From: Marinilactibacillus sp. Marseille-P9653
Lineage (GTDB): Bacteria; Bacillota; Bacilli; Lactobacillales; Carnobacteriaceae_A
NCBI RefSeq assembly: GCF_916618885.1
Contig: NZ_CAKAKH010000001.1
Coordinates: forward strand, 1,381,005 to 1,413,004
Direction of reading: 5' to 3'
DNA length: 32,000 nt
Shown: piece after piece, positions 1-7,902 of the stretch
Layout: every line of letters starts with the position of its first letter
Numbering within the stretch: the first letter of the stretch is position 1
Translations under genes and position numbers: made by a program
The notes under the pieces: model-generated
What the model saw: the letters and a program-made list of their open reading frames with translations, nothing else
Told to the model about the DNA's origin: nothing
Database searches by the model: none

Positions 1-44
1 TAATCTTAAAGTTTTATTTTAATATTAAAGCAAAAAACAAACAT

Positions 45-1094
45 TTGTCAGAAATCAACAACTTGGCGCTAGAGTTAACCGGGAAATACTCTCAAAAAGA
101 AATTTTAAGTAACTACATAAAGTCTTGGGCAGTTATTTTCACTGCTCAGAAAATTAGTTATTTTGAAGCATCAGAAAATATGAAGATTACTAAAGTTTAC
201 GATTATGAAGTGGATTCTAAAGAAATCCATCAGGTAAATTCTGAGTATCTAATTTGTCCAGATATCATCAAAGCGTCTTGGTTAACTAACAGAATGATGG
301 TCTTCAATTCTTCTGATGAATGGGCCATGGATTTCCCTTTAAGCTATAAGCCTGAGAGTATCCTGGTTTTGCCTGTGACTAGAGCAGAGAGAATTGTCGG
401 TTTTTTAATGATGGTAGATTCTAAAAGAGACGCCTACAAAGATATAGATGTGGTTTCATCTATTAGAGTTCTTCATAGTTACTTGAATATTGCTCTAGAG
501 AATGCATTTAACTTTGAAAAGCTACAATTTAATAGTCGTACAGATCATCTGACTGGACTGACAAATCTCAGAGCTTTTGAGAATGAATTGAAACAGTTTA
601 CGACAATTAATACAGAGCGCCGATTTTCCATTATCATAATTGATTTGGATCATTTTAAGAGAGTTAACGATACTTATGGCCACCAAGCCGGTAATGAATT
701 GCTCAAGCAAGTTTCTATTTTATTAAGTACTTTTGTATATGAAGATGAAAGACTAGCTCGATATGGTGGCGAAGAATTTATTTTCTTCATACCCGATAAG
801 ACAGCAGATGAAACGCGGATCCTTGCTGAAAAAATTAGAGAAAAGATCGAAGAAACGAATTTTAATACGCACAACTATTTATCTAAAAGAGAACTGATTA
901 CTGTAAACATCACTGCCAGCATCGGCTTAGCTACTTATCCGGATCAATGCAGTAAAGTAAAGGACTTGGTGACACTTGCGGATAGAGCAATGTATGTCGG
1001 TTCAAAACAAAGAGGCAGAAATAGAGTCGCATCAATATTTGGAGGAGAACAGGATGAGTCTGAAAAAGAACTGGAGCTCGAAACGGTTTTATAG
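45..1094 (+). CDS. Diguanylate cyclase: N-terminal GAF-like sensor domain plus GGDEF domain (GGEEF active site)
   Basis: 349-aa ORF. The C-terminal half carries canonical GGDEF-domain blocks: RTDHLTGLTN, IIIDLDHFKRVNDTYGH, RYGGEEF, ASIGLATYP, ADRAMYVGSKQRGRNRV. The N-terminal ~165 aa look GAF-like (ILVLPVTRAERIVGFLMMVD), unverified. The TTG at 45 has no clear SD, so the start is uncertain (alternative ATG at 180). The 3' end overlaps the next gene by 41 nt. Confidence 0.85.
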   Translation: MSEINNLALELTGKYSQKEILSNYIKSWAVIFTAQKISYFEASENMKITKVYDYEVDSKEIHQVNSEYLICPDIIKASWLTNRMMVFNSSDEWAMDFPLSYKPESILVLPVTRAERIVGFLMMVDSKRDAYKDIDVVSSIRVLHSYLNIALENAFNFEKLQFNSRTDHLTGLTNLRAFENELKQFTTINTERRFSIIIIDLDHFKRVNDTYGHQAGNELLKQVSILLSTFVYEDERLARYGGEEFIFFIPDKTADETRILAEKIREKIEETNFNTHNYLSKRELITVNITASIGLATYPDQCSKVKDLVTLADRAMYVGSKQRGRNRVASIFGGEQDESEKELELETVL

Positions 1095-1527
1095 AGATCA
1101 AACGGGTGCTACGTTGGTAGAATTAATAGCCTCAATCGCTATTCTAGCTTTAGTTGTTACCTCTTTTTTGACATTCTTTATACAGTCTTCCAAAGCGACT
1201 CAATCATCCGAACAGGTGACTGCAGCAACTTATTCTGGGCAAAAGCAAATGGAATATCTCTATCATTTATCTGAGACTTTGACCATTGAAAAAACTGTTC
1301 TGGAATTAGAAAACAAAGCTCAATCTTCAGTTAGTAAAGGGTTGGAAAAATCTTATACTTATCAAGAAGATGGTATTTCTTATTTAATAAAAATGACTCT
1401 ACCTGATTCTAAAACTTCAAAACAACCGAATCTAATAAAATTCCTCATAGAGGGATCAAAAGACGGTAAGAAAGTCATCCAGCTTGAGAATAAAATACCT
1501 TTTAAAGTAGGTCTGCTAGATGAGTAA
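1054..1527 (+). CDS. Minor pilin-like protein with a class III (prepilin) signal peptide and an atypical G|A cleavage site
   Basis: ATG at 1054 lies 6 nt after GGAGGAG (1041-1047). The N-terminus is MSLKKNWSSKRFYRDQTG|ATLVELIASIAILALVV: Gly at -1, Glu at +5, and a hydrophobic helix. The longer ORF from 976 has no RBS and lies inside the cyclase gene. Confidence 0.7.
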   Translation: MSLKKNWSSKRFYRDQTGATLVELIASIAILALVVTSFLTFFIQSSKATQSSEQVTAATYSGQKQMEYLYHLSETLTIEKTVLELENKAQSSVSKGLEKSYTYQEDGISYLIKMTLPDSKTSKQPNLIKFLIEGSKDGKKVIQLENKIPFKVGLLDE

Positions 1528-1951
1528 ACTAAAAAAAGTGTGTTCTCAAGAAGGTTTTACTTTAGTAGAATTACTCGCAACGCTCGCACTATTATCTGTA
1601 GTAATCGTACTTGCTGGATCGATACATTTGTTTGGTCAGAAGCAATTCTCTCAACAAACAGATCAAGTATCTCAAATTAGTGATATCCGATTTACACTCT
1701 CATCCATTGAAAAGGATGTTCGTCAAACCGTTCCCTCAGAAATTTCTTATGATGGGCAGTTACGAGTTGGTGAAAATGTTTATTCAATAGAAGATAACAC
1801 TTTGAGAAAAAACGGTGGAATAATTAGTGATCAAATTTCTAGTTTCGATGTTTCTTTAACAGAAGAACGTATTGAATTAAAAATAAAAAGCTCTTCAGAA
1901 AAAAATCGTCCAATTGAAGAAATCTCTACTACAATCTATTTCAGGAGGTGA
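1520..1951 (+). CDS. Minor pilin (prepilin-type N-terminal cleavage/methylation domain)
   Basis: N-terminus MSKLKKVCSQEG|FTLVELLATLALLSVVIV is a canonical G|FTLVE prepilin motif with Glu5. The start overlaps the upstream stop by 8 nt. Confidence 0.8.
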   Translation: MSKLKKVCSQEGFTLVELLATLALLSVVIVLAGSIHLFGQKQFSQQTDQVSQISDIRFTLSSIEKDVRQTVPSEISYDGQLRVGENVYSIEDNTLRKNGGIISDQISSFDVSLTEERIELKIKSSSEKNRPIEEISTTIYFRR

Positions 1952-1955
1952 CTCA

Positions 1956-3470
1956 GTGTCTAAATTAAAAGATGAACAAGGATCAGGATTAGTTTTGACA
2001 TTAATGGTCTTAACGGTGCTCGCAGTTTTAGCAGCCGCACTGGCCACTGTCACCCTTGGAAGTTATCGATTGACCGCCAATAATAGAGATTCAGTTTCAG
2101 CTTATTATATTGCAGAAGCTGATTTAAATGAAAAATATGAAGTCGTTGAGTCTGTTGTGCAAACTACCTATGACATGGATACAAATCAAGACACTTTTTA
2201 TGCTTTAATTGAACAGTCTTTTAAGGAATTGGAAGGTAAAAACTCTGATGGGTATGCTACTCAATTTGGAAAGAGTCCTTTTTCAAACGTAACGATAAAA
2301 AAAGTTTCTTCAGGAAATCCGAGGACATACACTCTGACTTCCGAAGGCGAAGTTGGAGATTCTAAAAGAACAATTGCTAAAGACTTTACTGTTGGTTATA
2401 TAGAAAAAAATCAAGGTGGAGGATTGCCTGCATTACCTAAAAATGCAGCAGCAATAGTGAAGAATAAAATTGAATTGACTGGTAGTGGAAAGATTATAGG
2501 AGATGTTCATTTTGATTCTTTAGAAGCTAAATCGATTGTAATGAACGGAGACTCTTCTATAAATGAAGGATTTACATTCGTTAAAAATATTGAAAAAGGA
2601 AATAAACTACTAGACATCCCTCCCAAAAATACTGGATTTCAAGAAAAAAATGGTCCTTTTTTAAAACAAACTAACATTAACATACCATGGGAATCATACT
2701 ATGAGTTTATTAAAACATTCCCTGATGTCCCAGTATATGATTCATTGCCTGACGAAACAATATCATCTTCCGATGGAAGTAATCAGCATAAGTTTATAAA
2801 TCAAGAATCTTTCTATTACAATAGTTGGATTTTTAACAATAAGAATTTTATCTTTAAAGTAGCTGGAAATAGTTCTTTTAAAGAGTTCAAAGTTGATAGC
2901 GATGTGCCACTTAAGATAGATACCATGGGAAAAGATATTACAATTGTAGTAGATCATTTGAACCTCAATAGAGGAAGTTTAGAGTTAGTCGGTGAAGGCT
3001 CTGTCACCTTTTATGTAAAGAGTAAGTTTAACCTTAACTCTAGTGGTGATAGTAATCTTAATAAAAATGGCAAAACTGAGCAATTAAAAATTCTATATGC
3101 AGGTACAGATGATTTTATTATGAATGGTGGAATTGTCAATGGCTCTATATTTGTAAAAAATGCAGTCGTCAACGTTAATTCAGCTCATGGAATCAATGGA
3201 TTACTGATAAGTGGTGGGCCGAAGGTGACTCATAACGGTGGTACGTCTACAAAAGCTATTGTAATTGCGCCCTCAGCAGACTTTGATTTTTCAGGTAGTG
3301 GAAGCATAGAAGGTGCTGTTATTGGTAAACAGGTTATTTTATCTGGAGCAGGAGAAATAAAGGTTGGAAAACCAATTGTTGATTTAAATATTTTTAATAC
3401 TAGTTCTAAAAAACAGTCTGATAAACCAAATTTTGATCTTATAAAAAGCGACGCATCCATAGAAAAATAG
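1956..3470 (+). CDS. Large PilX_N-type pilin-like protein without Glu5, with C-terminal glycine-rich beta-helix-like repeats; putative pilus tip or adhesin subunit
   Basis: An in-frame GTG at 1956 lies 7 nt after AGGAGG (1943-1948) and 4 nt after the upstream TGA. The N-terminus SKLKDEQG|SGLVLTLMVLTVLAVLAAALATV resembles PilX/GspK/ComGG-type pseudopilins that lack Glu5. The C-terminal region (KAIVIAPSADFDFSGSGSIEGAVIGKQVILSGAGEIKVG) fits the G-x-I-x-AP...G...I-x-G pattern of PilX/TadG-like C-terminal domains. Confidence 0.65.
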   Translation: MSKLKDEQGSGLVLTLMVLTVLAVLAAALATVTLGSYRLTANNRDSVSAYYIAEADLNEKYEVVESVVQTTYDMDTNQDTFYALIEQSFKELEGKNSDGYATQFGKSPFSNVTIKKVSSGNPRTYTLTSEGEVGDSKRTIAKDFTVGYIEKNQGGGLPALPKNAAAIVKNKIELTGSGKIIGDVHFDSLEAKSIVMNGDSSINEGFTFVKNIEKGNKLLDIPPKNTGFQEKNGPFLKQTNINIPWESYYEFIKTFPDVPVYDSLPDETISSSDGSNQHKFINQESFYYNSWIFNNKNFIFKVAGNSSFKEFKVDSDVPLKIDTMGKDITIVVDHLNLNRGSLELVGEGSVTFYVKSKFNLNSSGDSNLNKNGKTEQLKILYAGTDDFIMNGGIVNGSIFVKNAVVNVNSAHGINGLLISGGPKVTHNGGTSTKAIVIAPSADFDFSGSGSIEGAVIGKQVILSGAGEIKVGKPIVDLNIFNTSSKKQSDKPNFDLIKSDASIEK

Positions 3471-3495
3471 AAATTTAAAAGGAGGAAGAAACTAA

Positions 3496-5115
3496 ATGGC
3501 TACTCAAAGAAAAAAGCTAGGCGATCTATTAAAAGAAGCAAATTTAATCACCGAGGAAGATATCGTCAAAGTTCTTGAATTGAAGAAAAAGAATCAAAAG
3601 CTTGGAGATGCACTAGTAGAACAAGAGTATATCACTGAAAAAGAGTTGCTGGATGTTTTAGAAATTCAGCTAAAGCTAGAAAGTATTTCTCTATACCAGT
3701 ATCCAATCGATACTAGTCTGATTGATTTAATCTCTAAAGAATTTGCTCGAGAAAATGTTTTACTCCCAATCAAACAAGAAGCACATCGCCTGATTGTAGC
3801 CATGCATGACCCGTTAGATTTTTATGCGATTGAAGACCTGGAACTTTCAACTGGATTCAGTGTACAACCTGTTATTGCGACTAAAGATGATATCTTACAA
3901 ACTGTGAATCATTTATATGATTATGATGAAAGCTCTGAATTAATAGAAGAAGAATTCAATGCTTCTGCAGTTAACATATTAGATCAAATCCTTGAAGCTG
4001 GTGTAACGATGCATGCTTCTGATATTCACCTTGACCAGACCGAGACTTTGGTAAATGTACGCTACCGAGTAGATGGCGTACTAAGAAACGAAAGAACCCT
4101 TCCAAAATCTGCTATGAATTCCTTAGTAGCCCGAATCAAAATACTGGCTGGTTTGAACATTACCGAGAGTAGACTTCCTCAGGATGGTCGAATTAGTTTA
4201 ACGATTATGGAAAAATCTATCAATTTACGGATTTCGACATTACCAACTGTGTATGGTGAAAAAATCGTTATCCGAATACTTGATTTGACAAATATCCTCA
4301 AGAAATTGAATGATTTGGATTTGACTGAAGGTACGCTTGAAGAATATAGAAAGATCATTCAAGAGCCTTCTGGTTTAGTTTTGATTACCGGTCCTACTGG
4401 ATCTGGGAAGTCGACCACACTTTACGGATCTATCAACGAATTGAATAACGCTCATGTCAATATCCTGACGATTGAAGATCCGGTTGAGTATCAACTAGAT
4501 GGTATTAACCAAGTACAAGTGAACTCAAATATCGGGCTGAATTTTGCGACGGGACTTAGATCCATCTTAAGACAGGATCCGAACATCATCATGGTTGGTG
4601 AAATAAGAGATAGAGAAACAGCAGATATAAGTATTAGAGCTTCTCTAACAGGTCACCTTGTATTCAGTACGTTACACACCAATAGTGCAATTGAAGCGAT
4701 TCCAAGGCTTTTTGATATGGGTGTAGAACCTTATTTGGTTGTTTCTTCGCTTTCTGGAATTATGGCACAGCGATTAGTCAAAAAAGTTTGTAAAGATTGT
4801 CAGTATAAAAGAGCGGCGACTCAGATAGAGAAAGAAATTTTCCGAAAAAGAGGTAGAGAAATCGACGAAATATGTTTGGGTAGAGGGTGTAACCGATGTA
4901 GATTCACTGGTTATAGAGGTCGAATGGCGATTCATGAATTGATTGTGATCGATGATCATATGAAAGAAATGATGATGAACCATGCTTCTCTGCAAAAGAT
5001 TAAACAGTATGTCGAAAACAAGCAGATTCCGTTTTTAATTGACGATGGATTAGACAAGGTCCAAAAAGGCTTTACAACTATTGAAGAAGTATTAAGAGTC
5101 GCAACATTAGATTAG
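3496..5115 (+). CDS. pilB: Type IV pilus assembly (extension) ATPase PilB, GspE family
   Basis: 539 aa, with AGGAGG RBS. It has a T2SSE_N-like N-terminus, Walker A GPTGSGKST, Asp/His boxes (LRQDPNIIMVGEIRD, TGHLVFSTLHTN) and the tetracysteine motif CKDC...CNRC. Confidence 0.95.
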   Translation: MATQRKKLGDLLKEANLITEEDIVKVLELKKKNQKLGDALVEQEYITEKELLDVLEIQLKLESISLYQYPIDTSLIDLISKEFARENVLLPIKQEAHRLIVAMHDPLDFYAIEDLELSTGFSVQPVIATKDDILQTVNHLYDYDESSELIEEEFNASAVNILDQILEAGVTMHASDIHLDQTETLVNVRYRVDGVLRNERTLPKSAMNSLVARIKILAGLNITESRLPQDGRISLTIMEKSINLRISTLPTVYGEKIVIRILDLTNILKKLNDLDLTEGTLEEYRKIIQEPSGLVLITGPTGSGKSTTLYGSINELNNAHVNILTIEDPVEYQLDGINQVQVNSNIGLNFATGLRSILRQDPNIIMVGEIRDRETADISIRASLTGHLVFSTLHTNSAIEAIPRLFDMGVEPYLVVSSLSGIMAQRLVKKVCKDCQYKRAATQIEKEIFRKRGREIDEICLGRGCNRCRFTGYRGRMAIHELIVIDDHMKEMMMNHASLQKIKQYVENKQIPFLIDDGLDKVQKGFTTIEEVLRVATLD

Positions 5116-5124
5116 AGGGATACA

Positions 5125-6156
5125 ATGGATTATTTACATCGAGTACTAACAGCAGCTTATTACAAAGAAGCTTCAGACATACACTTAACAGCAGGTTCTG
5201 AACCCGTTTATCGTATTGACGGTAGATTGATTCCGCAGAAAACGGAAGAAAAGCTCATGCCAGATGATTTAGAAGCAATTGTCAAAGAAATGCTTACTGA
5301 AAAATTATGGGAAGATCTCCAGAGAAATAGAGAAGTAGACTTGTCTTACGGAATTAACGGTATATCAAGATTTCGGGTAAATGTCTTTTACCAAAGAAAC
5401 GCGCTCTCCATAGCTTTTAGAATCATTTCCAAAGAGATTCCATCACTAGACGATTTAGGGCTACCCAATATCTTGAAAGAACTCGCAAAAAAACCTCACG
5501 GACTTATTTTAGTAACTGGTCCAACAGGTAGCGGAAAAAGTACTTCTCTGGCAGCTATGATCGACTATATGAATCAAAATATGAATCGGCATATCATTAC
5601 CTTAGAAGACCCTATAGAATATTTGCATTCTCACAATCAGTCCATCATTGTTCAACGAGAAATCGGATTCGATGCATTGTCTTTTAAAGATGGTTTGAGG
5701 GCCAGTCTAAGACAAGACCCTGATGTGATTCTTGTCGGGGAGCTTAGAGATTTAGAAACCATTTCTACGGCTATCACGGCAGCAGAAACGGGCCACTTAG
5801 TTTTAGGTACCTTACACACGCAAGATGCTTCGAGTACGATTGACCGTATGATCGATGTCTTTCCAGCACATCAAAGAGACCAGGTGCGTACGCTACTAGC
5901 CAATATTCTAGTCGGTATCTTGTCACAAAGATTATTCCCTAAAGCTAGAAGCACCGGTAGAATTGCCTGTACGGAAATGCTGATTAACAATGCAGCAATC
6001 AAAAATCTGATCAGAAGTGAAAAAATGCATCAGATACCAAATACCTTGCAGACATCTAGGGATCAGGGGATGCATACAATGGAAATGGACATGAAATTAA
6101 AGTCGCAAGAGGGGCTAATCAATTCTGTTGAACTTGTTCCCTATTCGAATGTTTAA
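5125..6156 (+). CDS. pilT: Type IV pilus retraction ATPase PilT
   Basis: 343 aa with no N-terminal T2SSE_N domain. It has Walker A GPTGSGKSTS, LRQDPDVILVGELRD, TGHLVLGTLHT and AIKNLIRSEK, a variant of the PilT signature AIRNLIRE. Confidence 0.93.
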   Translation: MDYLHRVLTAAYYKEASDIHLTAGSEPVYRIDGRLIPQKTEEKLMPDDLEAIVKEMLTEKLWEDLQRNREVDLSYGINGISRFRVNVFYQRNALSIAFRIISKEIPSLDDLGLPNILKELAKKPHGLILVTGPTGSGKSTSLAAMIDYMNQNMNRHIITLEDPIEYLHSHNQSIIVQREIGFDALSFKDGLRASLRQDPDVILVGELRDLETISTAITAAETGHLVLGTLHTQDASSTIDRMIDVFPAHQRDQVRTLLANILVGILSQRLFPKARSTGRIACTEMLINNAAIKNLIRSEKMHQIPNTLQTSRDQGMHTMEMDMKLKSQEGLINSVELVPYSNV

Positions 6157-6181
6157 AGAAAGATTACAGGTGAAATGACTT

Positions 6182-7384
6182 ATGACAATGTATGCTTATA
6201 AGGCAAAGAAAACGGATGGAACAATCACTAAAGGTAAGTTGGAAACTTCGAATAAAAAAGAAGCACTCATTGAGCTAGAACATTTGAATTTGATTGTATT
6301 TAGCATTAAAGAATTAAACTCCTTTCTTTATAAAGACGTTCACATCGGTAAACCAATTAAATCAAAAGATTTTGTTCTATTCCTTAGACAATTCTCTACC
6401 TTAATAGAATCAGGTATATTGTTATTAGATGCTTTAGAAATACTTTCTAAACAGATTGATAATAAAATTTTAAAAGAGGCTTTAGAACAAATTGCGCTTC
6501 AAGTTAGGGAAGGTATCGCACTATCAGCTGCACTTAGTAAGTTTCCTAAGCTATTTCCTAATTTATTAGTTAATATGATTCAATCAGGTGAAGCGAGCGG
6601 GCGTTTAGACGACGTCCTAAAAAGAATGGCAGATTATTACGAAAAGCAACACAGATTAAGACAAAAAGTATCTACGGCGTTAACTTATCCAGCTGTAGTA
6701 GGAAGCATGGCTGTATTAATTACTATATTTCTATTAGTATTTATTGTTCCGATATTCGCTGACTTATTTTTGAGTTTTGGTGAAGATTTACCTGCTTACA
6801 CTCAGTTCGTATTAAATTTAAGCCAAGTTATTCAAAACTACTGGTGGATAATTCTTTTGATTGCAATCATACTTTTATCTGGTTTCAAAGAGCTAACTAA
6901 ACGAGAATCAACTGCATTCATCATAGATGGCTTTTTACTCAAGATACCAGTTGTAGGTGTCTTTATTCAAAAATCCATCTTAGCGAGAATGACACAAACC
7001 TTGAGCTCACTCTTATCAAGTTCAGTTCCCATACTTGAAGCAGTAGATATCACTTCTAATGTTATGAGCAATCGTGTGGTCAAAAGGGTACTCCAAGAAA
7101 GTAAAGATTCCCTTGAAAGAGGAGAGTCGTTATCTATCCCCATGCAAAGACATTGGATGTTTCCAGATTTAATTACTCAGATGATTACAGTTGGAGAATC
7201 CAGCGGAGCACTTGACGAAATGTTGCATAAAGTAGCGGAGGTATACGATCAAGAATTAGAAGAAGCATCGAATAAACTGCAGTCACTAATTGAGCCGATA
7301 TTGATTGTTTTTTTAGCCGCGATTGTTGGTGCTATCGTATTAGCTATTATCATTCCGATGTTTTCACTATTTGAAACATTTTAA
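6182..7384 (+). CDS. pilC: Type IV pilus inner-membrane platform protein PilC (GspF family)
   Basis: 400 aa with two GspF-type repeats (FLRQFSTLIESGILLLDAL and MTQTLSSLLSSSVPILEAV) and three hydrophobic segments. It sits between pilT and the pilin gene. Confidence 0.92.
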   Translation: MTMYAYKAKKTDGTITKGKLETSNKKEALIELEHLNLIVFSIKELNSFLYKDVHIGKPIKSKDFVLFLRQFSTLIESGILLLDALEILSKQIDNKILKEALEQIALQVREGIALSAALSKFPKLFPNLLVNMIQSGEASGRLDDVLKRMADYYEKQHRLRQKVSTALTYPAVVGSMAVLITIFLLVFIVPIFADLFLSFGEDLPAYTQFVLNLSQVIQNYWWIILLIAIILLSGFKELTKRESTAFIIDGFLLKIPVVGVFIQKSILARMTQTLSSLLSSSVPILEAVDITSNVMSNRVVKRVLQESKDSLERGESLSIPMQRHWMFPDLITQMITVGESSGALDEMLHKVAEVYDQELEEASNKLQSLIEPILIVFLAAIVGAIVLAIIIPMFSLFETF

Positions 7385-7394
7385 ATTAAAGACA

Positions 7395-7424
7395 TTGAAA
7401 GGGGGAATGGGTATACGTTATAAG
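7395..7424 (+). promoter_or_regulatory. Candidate sigma-A promoter for the major pilin gene
   Basis: TTGAAA (7395-7400), an 18-nt spacer, then TATAAG (7419-7424), in the 115-nt pilC-pilA gap. Motif match only. Confidence 0.35.
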
Positions 7425-7438
7425 CAAAAAGACAAGTC

Positions 7439-7458
7439 GATCAGTACTTATACTGATC
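7439..7458 (+). promoter_or_regulatory. Perfect 8-bp inverted repeat (GATCAGTA-cтta-TACTGATC) in the pilA 5' leader; operator or RNA hairpin
   Basis: GATCAGTA (7439-7446), a 4-nt spacer CTTA, then TACTGATC (7451-7458), 41 nt upstream of the pilA ATG. No U-tract follows, so it is not a terminator. Confidence 0.4.
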
Positions 7459-7499
7459 AAAAGAAAATATCACTTATAAAATATTAGGAGGAAGAAAAT

Positions 7500-7844
7500 A
7501 TGAGAAATCAAATCAAGAAACTAATCAAAAAGGAAAATGGATTTACATTAGTCGAGCTACTTGCAGTTTTAGTTATTTTAGGAATTATCGTAGCAATCGC
7601 AATCCCAGCAATCGGAAATGTTGTTGAAAACGCGAATGGTAAAGCTGAAACAGCTGAAGAAGCTTTAGTTATTGATGCAGCAAGACTATACGACATTGAA
7701 CATACTATCGGCAGTACCGGCGTAACTGTCGAAACTCTTAAAACAGAAGGATATTTAGAGATCAGAGATAGTGAAAGTCTTTCAGATTCAACAACTGTTA
7801 CTGTTAAAACTGAAGGAAAACAGAAAACTTACGTAATCGAGTAA
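7500..7844 (+). CDS. pilA: Major type IV pilin (prepilin)
   Basis: 114 aa, with AGGAGG RBS. The N-terminus is MRNQIKKLIKKENG|FTLVELLAVLVILGIIVAIAIPA. It has its own upstream gap and candidate promoter and sits just upstream of pilD. Confidence 0.85.
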   Translation: MRNQIKKLIKKENGFTLVELLAVLVILGIIVAIAIPAIGNVVENANGKAETAEEALVIDAARLYDIEHTIGSTGVTVETLKTEGYLEIRDSESLSDSTTVTVKTEGKQKTYVIE

Positions 7845-7859
7845 TAATTATTAATAATT

Positions 7860-7882
7860 AGAGAAGTTAATAAAGCTTCTCT
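7860..7882 (+). terminator. Weak hairpin after pilA (possible partial terminator or attenuator)
   Basis: AGAGAAG (7860-7866), a 9-nt loop, CTTCTCT (7876-7882), then TTAT. The stem is short and the U-tract poor. Confidence 0.3.
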
Positions 7883-7902
7883 TTATACATAGGAGAACCA
7901 GC

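Noticed and set aside
522-874. Antisense ORFs of 60-100 aa lie inside well-supported genes. They are 522-710, 674-874, 2763-2957, 3230-3460, 4774-4995, 7508-7696, 8262-8444, 11606-11797, 11826-12095, 13711-14597, 14954-15376, 20327-20599, 21529-21982, 23297-23812, 26718-26900, 29653-29865 and 30136-30488.
   Set aside because: All are fully embedded opposite conserved coding sequence. They have no RBS and low-complexity or compositionally odd translations. This is typical shadow-ORF behaviour in AT-rich DNA.
976-1053. Longer N-terminal extensions are offered by the ORF track: 976 for the first pilin, 1914 for the PilX-like gene, 20084 for nth, 22653 for arcA and 24448 for ydaT.
   Set aside because: In each case a downstream in-frame start has a properly spaced Shine-Dalgarno sequence and gives the family-typical N-terminus. 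The extension lacks an RBS or lies inside the upstream gene or terminator.
7385-7499. A c-di-GMP riboswitch could lie upstream of the major pilin gene, as in some clostridial pilA genes.
   Set aside because: The gap is only 115 nt and must also hold the promoter and RBS. I see none of the conserved GEMM-I or GEMM-II sequence blocks or their multi-stem architecture, only one short hairpin.
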